Source: Lingula anatina (taxonomy: Eukaryota; Animalia; Brachiopoda). From it: a DNA stretch of 64,000 nucleotides. Position numbers and translations under genes: made by a program. The notes under the pieces were generated by a model. That model made no database searches. It was not told the DNA's origin and worked only from the letters and a program-made list of their open reading frames with translations. Shown here piece after piece: positions 1-12,830 of this stretch (its first letter is position 1; each line of letters opens with the position of its first letter). Location: assembly GCA_051362555.1 (NCBI GenBank), contig CM120641.1:26666401-26730400 (forward strand), in the 5' to 3' direction.

Positions 1-666
1 TTTGCTTCCGAAATAATGGACACTTAGGGGATGCGCCCGCGATTCACAAAATTTGCATGGATCAAAAGACATTGTCTTAAAACGGCCTCTGTATATGTAT
101 TCCTTGTCTCGTATACCAAGGGGAGGCATGTGAGTCACCAAGACGTCTATGTCATCTGGTAATTTTGACCACCTAGAATCAAGTTCTTCTATTGGCTCCG
201 TAAATGCATCGGCTCTGCTGCTTGAACGAGATGCGGTCCAAGGAGAGCCGTAAAATTTCAAACCCTCTATCTCTATCCAGTCATCTTGCAAGTAGGTGAA
301 ATTTCTAACGTTATTTCGAATCTCCTGACTTGTATGTTTCTCTAGATTTAAGTCATGATTGCCTGCTACAAATATTTTGTGCTTGTGCGGCAAACTTCCG
401 AAGAATTTGTCAAGGGCCTTAAGTTCATATCTATAATCTATTTCTTTAAACCATTTCCTAAAAAAATTAAAGTTAGAGAAGTCCCCTGAATGTACTAAAA
501 CGTCCCCGCCAGGGATATGTGGGGCGTATTCCCGGTGTTTATTGTGGGTGTCGGAGATATGAACAATGCGCAACACACGTGCGTCTGATCTTTCTTTGGC
601 GTCTCTGTCCACTTCATATACCCCGTGCTTGTTTGGTTTGATATCGAACAGCAAGTTTGATTCCAT
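1..666 (-). CDS. Metallophosphoesterase of the MPPED1/2 / UPF0046 (calcineurin-like) family; 3' end runs off the window
   Basis: Manual translation of the minus strand from ATG 666 is open for 222 codons to position 1: MESNLLF...LRIVHISDTHNKH...GDVLVHSGDFS...HKHKIFVAGNHD...YLQDDWIEIEGLKFYGSPW...DIDVLVTHMPPLG. Metallophosphoesterase motifs DxH, GD, GNH and H are present. Splice acceptor (tttctttacag) gives an exon start at 684; a candidate 5'UTR donor (CAG|gtaagt) lies at 1464/1463. Confidence 0.88.
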   Translation of the reverse strand, partial: MESNLLFDIKPNKHGVYEVDRDAKERSDARVLRIVHISDTHNKHREYAPHIPGGDVLVHSGDFSNFNFFRKWFKEIDYRYELKALDKFFGSLPHKHKIFVAGNHDLNLEKHTSQEIRNNVRNFTYLQDDWIEIEGLKFYGSPWTASRSSSRADAFTEPIEELDSRWSKLPDDIDVLVTHMPPLGIRDKEYIYRGRFKTMSFDPCKFCESRAHPLSVHYFGSK

Positions 667-2558
667 GTTCTTTTTAAATGGACACTGTAAAGAAAAATAT
701 TGAATATATTTTATTTAATTACCACTTACGCGATTATTAGTCTGTCCATCTGTTCATCCATCCAGGCTTCCTTCACTTCTCATATTCATTTATATATATG
801 ATACATCCTTAAACCACTAATTCCACTTATACTTTTGTGCTAAATCATTCATTCAAACATTCTCTCAAACAATAAATTAAATTATTTATCTATTGAACAC
901 CTCTCTGTGTGTGCTTATGTGCGAGTGTCCAAAATAATTCATTCAGTTATCAATTTGTCAATGAAAAGGCAAAGAAAATATAAAGCACTGAGACTGACCA
1001 ATATAGATCGATATAATATGAAAAGAAAATTTATGGGTCATATTAAGTTTGTTGACTTTCTTTATACCGGGGTATTCTACCCAGGCCTGCTTGTCACTTT
1101 AATTAGTAAATAATAAATTTAAAGCGCTTCTCTTCGGTATTGACACGTGAGCGTGCAGGTAATAACCATGACATATCCTCACACCTCTACACGTTACGCC
1201 ACGTGCGGCTGTTATTTACATTAAGGACATTATACAAATTAAATGTTTGCCAGCTAGGCATGATATCATGTTTATTGAGAGATGAACGTCAATTTTTTAA
1301 AAATAATTGCACACATAACCTGTCTACTACAACCGCAAGAAGTGCAAGTGGCATGCTATGGGGAAGCGCTGAAACTTGTCAATGCAGTTAAACTCCTTCT
1401 TCTGCATTCTGGTAGTTTCTCGCGAATGTTTTTTACTCTGTATCAAGTTCAATGGATACTTACCTGAGATAAATATGCATAAGAAACCTAGGTGTCAGGC
1501 ACTGGTAGGTGACTCCGCTCTGCTTAGCCTTCGCTTTCCGTCACGTGTGCTGGTTATAGAGAGAAGAGGTTCTAAAAGACAGGGGTTCTGGAAGAACGTG
1601 ATACTTGACATAAATGTCAACTGATAAACAAAGTGAAATGTACGTGATGTCTTGGTGACAGACACACACACACACTGTCAATTCATCAAGTAACAATATA
1701 CACTATGTAATTGGTTAAAATTAACCTGATAACTGTTTTCAAATTAATAAATGGACACAATCCCATTTATCGAAAATTAGTAAAGTTTAAGTAAATCCTG
1801 TTGAATAAAAGCTGTCTGAAGTCATTGAGTGCAAATATACTTTCCGCACTAGTTGACTCCTAACATAATAATGCTTGCACTTTTAGGTAAAATAATTAAT
1901 TAAAATAAGTGAACATTCTAGCAATAAAACACCGATAAAACTGTAACTATTTAATTTTATCTGTCTCCTAAAAGGACACCCCAGTGTTCGTCTCTTCCTC
2001 GAGTTACTCCCACCCGAGGCAATGTCTGTTCAGTTGGTTGATTGTCACCAGCATGGACAAGATTACAAATTCGTAATTTTGTCCACGTCACCTGAGACCG
2101 TCGGCGGACAAAGTAGGCTACATTTAACAGTTAGCTGTGACACCGTCAGTGACGCAGGCATAGTCATAGGCCATTTTTGCTATAGGCCTATTAAAAAAAA
2201 TCGCTAAAACCTAGCTTTTTAAACAGATTTAATAACTTTGCCAGTTGACGTCCATTGGACTCGACCTTAATCTCGAACTTTCTCAGGATAATTTTCAATA
2301 CCTCGCCCCCCCCCCAACCCCCAACCGCACCCCCCCCCCCCGTGCCAAACCGCAAACGTTGTTGATGCACGAATGAACAAAAAAGTGGAAGTATTATTCC
2401 GTATCATGTGACATGCCAGTGGCCCAGAACGCATCATAGACGTCTCAATATCTTCCGCCAATGGTCTAATGTGTCTAAATGTGTACTAGTTCAGCATTCG
2501 GAACATGATTTACCTGACGTTGTTAGTCCTGTCACTTCACGAACTAGGCGCATACAGT

Positions 2559-2561
<3 letters not shown>

Positions 2562-2621
<60 letters not shown>
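2562..2621. repeat. (TA)n microsatellite
   Basis: About 30 uninterrupted TA units. Confidence 0.95.
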
Positions 2622-2624
<3 letters not shown>

Positions 2625-3222
2625 AGCCTACCGTTATCTTTGGTTATCGGAACATGAGTCGAACAACGCCGAAGCGTGGCTATGTCACCGACATCTCACC
2701 ATGTACACAGTATACCTTTATCGCGACCTCGTGACCAAACATCAAAATGAGTCATCATTTGTATGAATAAGTTTTATTTATAGAATAGCATTCATAGAAA
2801 AACAGCTACCCGTTGGATTCAATCAATACACTTGTTCAATTATTTACCAGATACTGGTACAAATATGACAAATAATACTATATTTAAGTTGCTGGTACAT
2901 TACCACCGGTTCTTGATATACCATTTCAAGTTAAATATGGCATAATATATAATAAAACCCAGTGACGCCAGGGAAAAGAAAAAAAAAACTAATTATTCTA
3001 TTAATACCCGATTATAATCCACAGTAGAAAGAGTCCATTTTATAGCAAGATTTTTAAAGCCTCTGCTATTACTTTCGATCTTTTTTCTTTACTTTTTGAT
3101 TCTTTTATAATAGTTGGGGTGTATTATCCCAGTTCCATTATCCCAAGTTCTTCGTTTATCATTTCAATAAGAGGGGATTCTTTTTAGGCAAACCACAGCG
3201 TCAGTGACACTGAAGAGCGAAA

Positions 3223-5249
3223 TTAGGGAAATACGATGGTCGTACTTCCAATAATTTTGCCATTCCCTTTTTTCCAGAGTTGCGTCTCTTCTGCGTGGCC
3301 ATTCCCAAGGTGGATAACCATCATGTCTCTGACCTCTGATCCCGTAACTTTCATTTTTATAATAGATTTGCCATTCTTTTGGGGTGTTACTGGTTCTTTG
3401 GTGCTAAACCTGACCATGACTTTGTCTGCGAATCCACCCGGCGTTTTGACACAATATTCTCCAACTGCAACGTAGTCTCCCTTCTTCAGCACCCCAGTGT
3501 AATTAGCATTAGATCGAAATCGACCATTTAACACCGTAACTCGCCACTGCGCCATCGTCACATAGGTGTTGTTGAAACCACGAACCCGGAGACCATGCGT
3601 CTCTGCATCTAGTTGATGTTTAGCGGTGTGGGGCCATAGAAGTCTCCTGAACTCCAGGCCCTTTTTGCGCACGCTTCCCTCAAACAAAACCCGAGGAACA
3701 ATATCTCGAAAATCTATTTTGTATTGATCATAGAAAAATTGCAACGCTTGCATCCCTTCGAAGTGTTTCTGGAAGTCCGTCCTGCTGAGGCAATCTTCGT
3801 GCTCAAAGTTTCGCAACATTGCTAACATGTCACTGAAAGGAAAGGTAACAAAATGGGTATGTATTTAATATTCGAACAATGTGAAGGAGGAACGGGGTGC
3901 ATCCCTCCACAAACCGACTTTCTCTTAAGAACAAAAGCTCTACGATCTAAACAAAATTCAAGTTAAATTTATTTTTTCTTCACAAAGGAAGGCGTTTTAT
4001 AGATAACGACAATTTACACAGTGTTGCATTGTTTTAAGAAACATACCTAGATTTATAGAAGTTTTTGAACCTTCCCGATAACGACATGCTAAATACTCTG
4101 TTGTTTGCTTGTTGGCTGTCCTGACTGTCCCCAGCAGTGAGCAATACCACCGCACAGAAAACCCTAAAATATTGTCAATTAAGATATTTAAAAACGCAGT
4201 TTTAATTGCCCTGATTGGAGTTTTGGGACTCTACTTAGTTGCTTGTTTACTAAGATGGACGAGTGTTGGCTATTAGAAAAACCCCAAGGTGACGACAAAG
4301 GCCATCAACCTTTTAACTCCAAATAAGTGTCTATGAGATGTGACCACAAGCCACAGAAACAACAGCCTAACGTGGGTTACACCCCCACTTAATGTTTGGT
4401 AAAGAGACATCAATGTAAGGAAGTGGTTAGCATTAAATATACTGGAAATAGTCAAAAGAAGAAAATCGCCAGTGAATACTACAGTCCACTACTAATGCTC
4501 GTAAATTTGTTAACTGTGTACTGCCCAAGGACAAAATGTAAAAAAAAAAATGTTATGTCTACTGTACTTTGTACCACACCGCCATGAGGTCCTTGAAAAG
4601 TGAAAAGAGGTGGTAAACATGTTAAAAGCTTCTTTTTTTTCAAAAATGTGGATTTACGGGAATACGATTTGGTTACCTGCAAACTTATTTGTGTAAGTAT
4701 GTTATTTACAATTTTCGCCTGACCCAAGATGAAATGGAAAAATAGGAAATTATCAAAGGCCAATGCAATATGTTGCAGTGTCAAAAGAATTAAAATATTT
4801 CGCTTTCTATTTCACATTTCCCGATATATTTCACTGAATTACTAATCCTCGTCTGGAATACCAAGAGCTGAGATTTGTATGAGTACTGATAATCTGTGTT
4901 ATAATTTCCCAGTTTACACAAAATCATAAATAACTAATATTTAAGACTGACGTATGCTGTACTTTAGTGTACTACTACTAAACTATTATGGATCAAAATA
5001 GACTTATATTTTTGCTAAAGTTAAGAAATATATAAAACTAAGATCCTACGTGAAACTGGGCTAAACGCTCGTTAATAATATCTTGATTGCATAGTTAAGA
5101 TCTTGCTTTAGAATATAAAATAAAAATCTTATAAAAAAATAAAATCTTGAGGTATTGAAAAACAAACATAGTACTTGCTAGCTAATACTGGTGAGAATGT
5201 GTACAATGCATGATACAACAACATAAAATTCTAACCTTAACAAATCCAT
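3223..5249 (-). CDS. Secreted protein of unknown family, 3 coding exons, 246 aa
   Basis: Exons 5249-5236 (ATG GAT TTG TTA AG|gttag), 4163-4047 and 3832-3223; all junctions are GT-AG and phase-2 compatible. Spliced N-terminus MDLLRVFCAVVLLTAGDSQ resembles a signal peptide and joins in frame to the 201-aa ORF 3223..3828. Minus-strand AATAAA near 2773-2778. Confidence 0.72.
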
Positions 5250-6361
5250 AGTTATGTCTTCAGCCTTTCTCCGTAGTTTACAAGCGCAACATTGGAACGA
5301 TGTGTCTAAAACACCTTTTTACGGGCTATTAAATCGAATTAATGTCACTTTCAAAAGTCTTTAACCATAGTCTTCCATGTTAATCAACATATGATAATCC
5401 AAATATACTAAATCCACTTAGTAAGCAGAACAGAACTGCTTTGGGGTCTATCTCAAAATTGTGCCTGTTCACCATAAAATTTATAGGAGCAAGCCTGTTT
5501 GACGTACCGGGCCTTCGATCACGACCACTTGAAGACAAAATTTGTTCTACTGTTACAAACTGTGCAAAAAAAAAAAAAATGCTCCAATATTTAAAGTGCA
5601 TTATGAATTCGATGCTGACTATCAAATATTGTCAAAACAAATACTTGAAGGGGCTGAAAGTGGACATTAACTCGTTCTCCTAGCGGTAAGGACCCCCAAA
5701 AACGTTAACATATTTATCACCATACGTCATTATGGGATACATCGAGATGCCATGCCTTTAGAGTGTCGAGCATCAAATAATCAATTTGATTTTCTACCAC
5801 CCGTCAAACCCCCCCCCCACCCCCCCACCCCCAAGTCAGAAGCAATAGATCGTCGATGTTGGAGCATGCCAAAGCAGTCCAAACTAAATGTTGGCTCTGG
5901 ATATGCGTTAGCTGTACCGACGGTAACAGAAACGCTGCCATTTTTTTTAGTTTTGTTTCGTTTTCAAGATAACGTCTCATGCCACTGTTTACAAGGGAAG
6001 GTTCATTATACACTCAGATGTTATTTTGGGGGAAATTACCGGGTCATTTAATAAAAAAACAACTCAATTATGACTAGGCAGTGACACATTTCGTATAACA
6101 TTCGCGTAAATGTTTTTATCACTTTCATGTACTATAGTTTTCCCATATTGGAGGGTACTATAACATAAAACAACAAAAACATTATGAGGCACGTGGAAAT
6201 TATGTAAATATTAGACAAAATGAAGTGCCGCAAAAGTTTACCTTTTATGTGGAATGATACTACTCCACTTGATACCCACTAACATGTAACACCCGAGGAC
6301 ATTTTGGTAGCAAATGTGTTCAACTAGATCGAAGGAAGAGCTCAGCGTTTTAATTATAATG

Positions 6362-6617
6362 CAGGGCGGATCCAGGATTATTTGAAGAGGGGGTCCGATT
6401 TTTCAGGAATGACAGGCCTCGGATGCGAAGCCGACCCTCGCCCCACTTGGATTGTTTTGGAGGGCAAACAGTGCCATTTGGAACGGTTAAGAACTATAAA
6501 TCAGCTATTCAAAAATCTAATTCCAAGAGGGGATATCAGTGTGATTTTTTTTCAGAATTTGAAGGAGGGGGAGGGGGGAGTCAGCACCTCCCTGACCCAC
6601 CTCTAAATCCGCCACTG
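6362..6617. mobile_element. Non-autonomous DNA element with CAG(T)GGCGGAT...ATCCGCCACTG termini
   Basis: Imperfect terminal inverted repeats cagggcggat / atccgccactg. Related truncated 5' ends begin at ~6647 and ~16556 and share internal sequence with each other. No clear target-site duplication. Confidence 0.55.
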
Positions 6618-6855
6618 CTATTTATTAGATATGCGTTTATATATTTAGGGGCGGATCCAGGGGGGGGGTCTTTTTATTTTTTTATTTTTACCCCCCCCCC
6701 CCCCCCCCACACACACACACAAGAAAAGAAAAATAATTTTCAAACTTAAATACGTGGAACGAACGATTTAAATTAATAATGAATAAATCATAATTTACCA
6801 TAAAAATTTTAAAAAGCCATCTTATAACAACACAAGATCGTAATATAAGCCTTAT

Positions 6856-7088
6856 AGCCTAGGTCCCAACCGAACGTGCGGGCTGCAAACATTTTCCCCC
6901 CAAAAAATGGGGAAAAAGTGGGAGTTCGTGCGTGAGGAGCACGTCCATCGTGCGACTTTTGGAGGATGCAAGCAGCACGTAGAAACTTTTCGACATGATC
7001 AACAGCCGCTACGTGCGATCTAGCTACGTCCTAGCCGGACGCAAGGAAATTAAAATCGTGCGTCCAAAACGTAGTTGGGACCTAGGCT
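6856..7088. mobile_element. MITE with 15-bp terminal inverted repeats
   Basis: agcctaggtcccaac (6856-6870) and gttgggacctaggct (7074-7088), flanked by TAT on both sides (possible 3-bp TSD); internal cgtgcg repeats. Confidence 0.75.
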
Positions 7089-9254
7089 TATGACACTTGA
7101 TCACGGTCACGTTGTTCAGTTTCAAATTAAAGTTTTGTATCTAGGGATGTATCGAGCATGATTTGTCTCTACCAGAACACCTTGATATATTGTTTTGTCT
7201 GTTACTGAATGACTATGTGAAATCGAAATTGGAGGTTTTAAGGGAGAGATGTAAGATACAGGAGTATATTGTGTGGTGTACAACTTCCTAAACATGCATT
7301 GACAGTGACGTTTTTATGTGAAACGTTTTTCTACCTGGAGTGTCGATTAGCGGGGAGGAGGGGGTCGCGTTTTCTACTTTTTCTAAACCTATTGTGGCAG
7401 AAAGGGATAAATATAGCTTTTTGTGTAATATTGCAAACATTTTCCGATTCATGTCTTGTTAGTATGGAAAGTTTTCCTACTCAATAAAGAAGGTTTAAAA
7501 AAATATTTTGGATAATATTCGCATGTTATACATACTAAAATTAGACTGCGCTAAAGGGGATACGAGATGCACATTTATTTTACTGGCACATTTTGTCCTC
7601 AACTTCATGTATATGTTTCACAATGCCTGTTAACGAAGGTTTTGCAAATTTCTATCTATGAGAATACAGTTTCGTCTGAAACAATTAACTGCGCACTGTC
7701 ATCATATCGTCTAGCTAATCGTGGATATAACTTTAGATTTGTTAAATGGCTGAAATATTACAAAAACATCAAACAACTTTAAAAAAATGACCTGTGGCAG
7801 AAGACCGCACGATTTTTTTTTTCAATTTTTAAAAGCCAGGTGACATCGCGAAAGTAGTGGGGATCTATTTATTGTGTTATTTAAAATAAACATAAATATA
7901 GGCATTATCTGAAACATCATACTCGCTTCTTGATTTTGTACACTAGATTGGAGAGTGTGAGATGGCGCTGCGAGCAACAGTTAAACGGTTGAAATTTTAG
8001 CCCGTTTATGTTTTTTTTTGTGTGTCAGAACAGATAAAGTTATTTATTTATTTATCTATTTTTTGCAGAGATTTTTAAAAAGTTGCAAGACTGATGTAAG
8101 TAAAATTCCACTTGGACAAACAAATGTTCTATCCTTAATTCTTCATAAATTTTTTAAAAATCTTAAATGGACCTATAAATAGTGAATCAGTGAGTGTTCT
8201 TGTGGCAGGCGAAGCAATTCCCGAGTTCGATTTTCAAGCAGTGTCGACCACCTCATTAAAAAACACAAATAGAGCTGTTATGTGCCTGGTCATGAAAACA
8301 AGCTCTAGTGCTTGACAACTTAGGTTGTGTGATCGCCAGGGAGATGTGAAAGAAGGCCAGTGACCACTCAGACTTAGGACAATGTTAAAACGCATATATC
8401 AAAAAGTGCAGTTTTCAACTAAGGTTTAAGGGGATAAAGTAAACCTATAAATGAGAAATATTTAATTGCAATTTTTCAATTTATCTTATTGTCTTATTCA
8501 TTATTGTTTTCGTTTTTTCTCTCTAGTCATGCTACTGGCATCAGAATACTGATAACCCGAAGCCATGAATGGAGGCGTCCGTTGTAAGTTATTACCTATA
8601 TCAGTAGACCTATATCATGCAAAAAATATTCATTTGTTTCTGCTCCCTGGTATAAGTTAATCAAGATTTTTTGTGACCTACTGCTGCTTTCTTTCTTTTC
8701 GTAAAATCACAAAAACTTGTTTTTCATTTCTCAGAATAACAATCCAGTTGATAACAAAATATGTTTAGAATACTGAGGTGACTGTATATGCTTAGTCCAG
8801 TATACTTTCAATTGACTCACTACAGTTCTCTACAATCAAAACAATCATGCCCCCTCAGGCTGCCTCGAAAATGCAGTCACCCTACCGTACGCCCTATTAC
8901 ACTATCCACATTTTGGATCAGTGTTCGAATACACGCTCTCTATAGTGGCCTGCGAGCAGTTCACAGATACCTGTACCAGTTTAACGGACATCGGGCCTAT
9001 CATAATTTTGGGGAGAAGGTAAATTGCTCAGAAATTATCATCAAATTTGCCTGTACATTTCGAAGTAACTGCTTAGTACTTAATACTATTATTATAAAAT
9101 AAAATGATAAACGGAATAATCAAAATAAAAATTGGTAATATGATGCGTATGTTAAAAAGATATTATAATCAATTAAGGGCATCACTATCAAACGCCACCC
9201 CCTATGAACAAGTTGGCCTAGGAACGCCACCATGTGACTTTATATCACTGAAGG

Positions 9255-9289
9255 TATAAAAGCGCAAAATTTTGAAATTTCGTTCATTC
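9255..9289 (+). promoter_or_regulatory. Pol II core promoter: TATA box plus initiator
   Basis: TATAAAAG at 9255-9262 and TCATTC at 9284-9289; the initiator A (9286) is 31 nt from the first T of the TATA box, which is canonical spacing. Two aacgccacc motifs lie just upstream (~9191, ~9223). Confidence 0.55.
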
Positions 9290-9667
9290 AACGCATACAG
9301 ATCTGGAGCAACAAGAAGGACGCCATGTACTGCGCATCGTATCAAGCTAAAAGGGCACAGGAGTTAACTCACATTTCTCCAAATCTTTCCTTCGTCCCAA
9401 GTCAACGCATCGCTCATAGACATGTTGTTTCTTGCACACGCAGTCGTCTGGATTCGACGTTTCTCTAAGCTGGCCAGCTAAAATCTTCGCTTCTCTCCAC
9501 GAGGAATCGTCGCTCAGGAATCTTCGCAGGATACGTCATCGGTTTTTATGCTGCTGTGGGCCATATTGTTGTAGTGTCATTGCATACATTTCCATGCATT
9601 CCAGGTTTCTTCTTATTATATACATAGGCAGACAAAATTACTTAATTCGTTTTCTTTCTTTTAACAG

Positions 9668-12387
9668 AACTCGATTATGGCGATTCTCGGTAGAGCTCCC
9701 ACTGACAACTGCAAGGAGAAGAGGGCCACATCTACGCTTCAGCCACATCGATCAATCCTTGGTGCCAGCGAGTCCTGCCATGGTCTGTCTCCGAGGTGGC
9801 TGCATTGGGGAAGCGTTCAAGGCATGTGATGATTCACTGAGATGGAAAACCTTTAAAGGTAAGCCTGACTGCAGAGTGCTGACATAGGCAGGAAAAGTCA
9901 TTAATACGTTTTTCTTTCTGTTTACAGAACTCGATTATGGCGATTCTCGATAGAGCTCCCACTGACAACTGCAAGGAGAAGAGGGCCACATCTACGCTTC
10001 AGCCACATCGATCATTGGTGCCAGCGAGTCCTGTCATAGCCTGTCTACGGGTTGGCTGCATTGGGGAAGCGTCCAGCGAGTCTGCTAAGGTCTGTCTACG
10101 AGGTGGCTGCATTGGGGAAGCGTCCAGCGAGTCTGCTAAGGTCTGTCTACGAGGTGGCTGCATTGGGGAAGCGTTCAAGGCATGTGGTGTTTCAACCCCT
10201 TAAAGGTAAGCCTGACTGCAGAGTGCTGACATAGGTAGGAAAAGTCATTAATCCGTTTTTCTTTGTTTACAGAACTCGATTATGGCGATTCTCGACAGAG
10301 CTCCCACCGACAACTGCAAGGAGAAGAGGGCCACATCTACGCTTCAGCTACGTCGATCAATCCTTGGTGCCAGCGAGTCCTCCCATGGTCTGTCTAAGAG
10401 GTGGCTGCATTGGGGCAGCGTTCAAGGCATGTGGTGTTCCACTGAGATGGAAAACCCATAAAGGTAAGGCTGACTGCAGGGTTGCTGACATAGGCAGGAA
10501 AAGTCATTAATCCGTTATTCTTTCTGTTTACAGAACTCGATTATGGCGATTCTCGATAGAGCTCCCACTGACAACTGCAAGGAGAAGAGGGCCACATCTA
10601 CGCTTCAGCTACGTCGATCAATCCTTGGTGCCAGCGAGTCCTGCCATGGTCTGTCTAAGAGGTGGCTGCATTGTGGGAGCGTTCAAGGCATGTGGTGTTC
10701 CACTGAGATGGAAAACCCATAAAGGTAAGCCTGAGTGCAGAGTGCTGACATAGGTAGGAAAAGTCATTAATCCGTTATTCTTTCTGTTTACAGAACTCGA
10801 TTATGGCGATTCTCGATAGAGCTCCCACTGACAACTGCAAGGAGAAGAGGGCCACATCTACGCTTCAGCCACATCGATCAATCCTTGGTGCCAGCGAGTC
10901 CTGACATAGTCTGTCTACGAGGTGGCTGCATTGGGGAAGCGTTCAAGGCATGTGATGATTCACTGAGATGGATAACCTTTAAGGGTAAGCCTGACTGCAG
11001 AGTGCTGACATAGGCAGGAAAAGTCATTAATACGTTTTTCTTTCTGTTTACAGAACTCGATTATGGCGATTCTCAATAGAGCTCCCACTGACAACTGCAA
11101 GGAGAAGAGGGCCACATCTACGCTTAAGCTACTTCGGTCAATCCTTGGTGCCAGCGAGTCCTGCCATAGCCTGTCTACGAGTTGGCTGCATTGGGGAGCG
11201 TCCAGCGAGTCCGCCATAGTCTGTCTACGAGTTGGCTGCATTGGGGAAGCGTCCAGCGAGTCTGCTAAGGTCTGTCTACGAGGTGGCTGCATTGGGGAAG
11301 CGTTCAAGGCATGTGGTGTTCCACTGAAATGGAAAACCCTTACAGGTAAGCCTGACTGCAGAGTGCTGACATAGGTAGGAAAAGTCATTAATCCGTTTTT
11401 CTTTCTGTTTACAGAACTCGATTATGGCGATTCTCGACAGAGCTCCCACCGACAACTGCAAGGAGAAGAGGGCCACATCTACGCTTCAGCTACGTCGATC
11501 AATCCTTGGTACCAGCGAGTCCTGCCATGGTCTGTCTAAGAGGTGGCTGCATTGTGAGAGCGTTCAAGGCATGTGGTGTTCCACTGAGATGGAAAACCCA
11601 TAAAGGTAAGCCTGACTGCAGGGTTGCTGACATAGGCAGGAAAAGTCATTAATCCGTTTTTCTTCCTGTTTACAGAACTCGATTATGGCGATTCTCGACA
11701 GAGCTCCCACTGACAACTGCAAGGAGAAGAGGGCCACATCTACGCTTCAGCTACGTCGATCAATCCTTGGTACCAGCGAGTCCTGCCATGGTCTGTCTAA
11801 GAGGTGGCTGCATTGTGGGAGCGTTCAAGGCATGTGGTGTTCCACTGAGATGGAAAACCCATAAAGGTAAGCCTGACTGCAGAGTGCTGACATAGGTAGG
11901 AAAAGTCATTAATCCGTTTTTCTTTATGTTTACAGAACTCGATTATGGCGATTCTCGATAGAGCTCCCACTGACAACTGCAAGGAGAAGAGGGCCACATC
12001 TACGCTTCAGCTATGTCGATCAATCTTTGGTGCCAGCGAGTCCTGCCATGGTCTGTCTAAGAGGTGGTTGCATTGGGGAAGCGTCCAGCGAGTCCTGCCA
12101 TGGTCTGTCTACGAGTCGGCTGCATTGTGGGAAGCGTCCAGCGAGTCCTGCCATGGTCTGTCTACGAGGTGGTTGCATTGGGGAAGCGTCCAGCGAGTCC
12201 TGCCATGGTCTGTCTACGAGTCGGCTGCATGGGGGAAGCGTCCAGCGAGTCCTGCCATGGTCTGTCTACGAGTCGGCTGCATTTGGGAAGCGTCCAGCGA
12301 GTCGTGCAATGGTCTGTCTACGAGTCGGCTGCATTGGGGAAGCGTCCGAGGCATATGGTGTTTTACTGAGATGGAAACCCCTTAAAG
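9668..12387 (+). repeat. Tandem array of 9 exon+intron cassettes (basic unit ~260 bp) with an internal 51-53-bp sub-repeat
   Basis: Exon-like segments 9668-9858, 9928-10205, 10273-10463, 10534-10724, 10794-10984, 11054-11345, 11415-11605, 11676-11866 and 11936-12387. Each is preceded by a pyrimidine tract ending ACAG and followed by GTAAG; spacers are 67-70 nt. The sub-repeat ccagcgagtcctgcc...ggggaagcgt occurs 1, 3 or 6 times per exon. Confidence 0.92.
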
Positions 12388-12830
12388 GTAAGCCAGGTTA
12401 TTGGGGAGAGAAATAGACTAAAATGTTTTTTTTTTCAGTTGCAGTCTTTGCCATAAACTTTTCATCTTACTGGTCATTCGGACCTCAACTTTCCCCAAAA
12501 CTACTGGTCTGAGTCAAGATTAACTGGTCCGAATACAAATCTTAATTAAACTGGACTGGATTGCACTTATTAACAAGACCTTGACATTTTTAGAATTATG
12601 ATGTAACAGTTACATTAAAAATTAAATCAAATCAAAAGTTTTCTGAAAATTTAAAAAATCTTATGGTCATATGACCAATTTAAACATTCTGACAAATCTA
12701 CTTGTCCGAACTATAATTAATGTTAGTCATTGATTACACATAAAATCATAAAATAGACATATTGAAACAACAAAGGGTTGGTAATTCAATAAACAGTCTT
12801 AAAAATAATTGGAAAGGGTTACCATTTTAG

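Noticed and set aside
7238-8140. Possible TTAA-flanked DNA element
   Set aside because: The termini (ttaagggagaga / tctatccttaa) match too poorly to define boundaries.
9668-12387. CRISPR array, or hammerhead/snoRNA/mirtron cluster, as an explanation of the repeat
   Set aside because: The context is eukaryotic with no unique spacers or cas genes. I found no CUGANGA...GAAA hammerhead core. TGATGA occurs in only two copies and is exonic. The 67-70-nt introns pair end to end for only ~6 bp.
9668-12387. One long spliced repeat protein, or a selenoprotein reading TGA codons
   Set aside because: The basic exon is 191 nt (not a multiple of 3), so the frame shifts at each junction. The TGA-containing frame also has TAG/TAA stops, and I saw no convincing SECIS.
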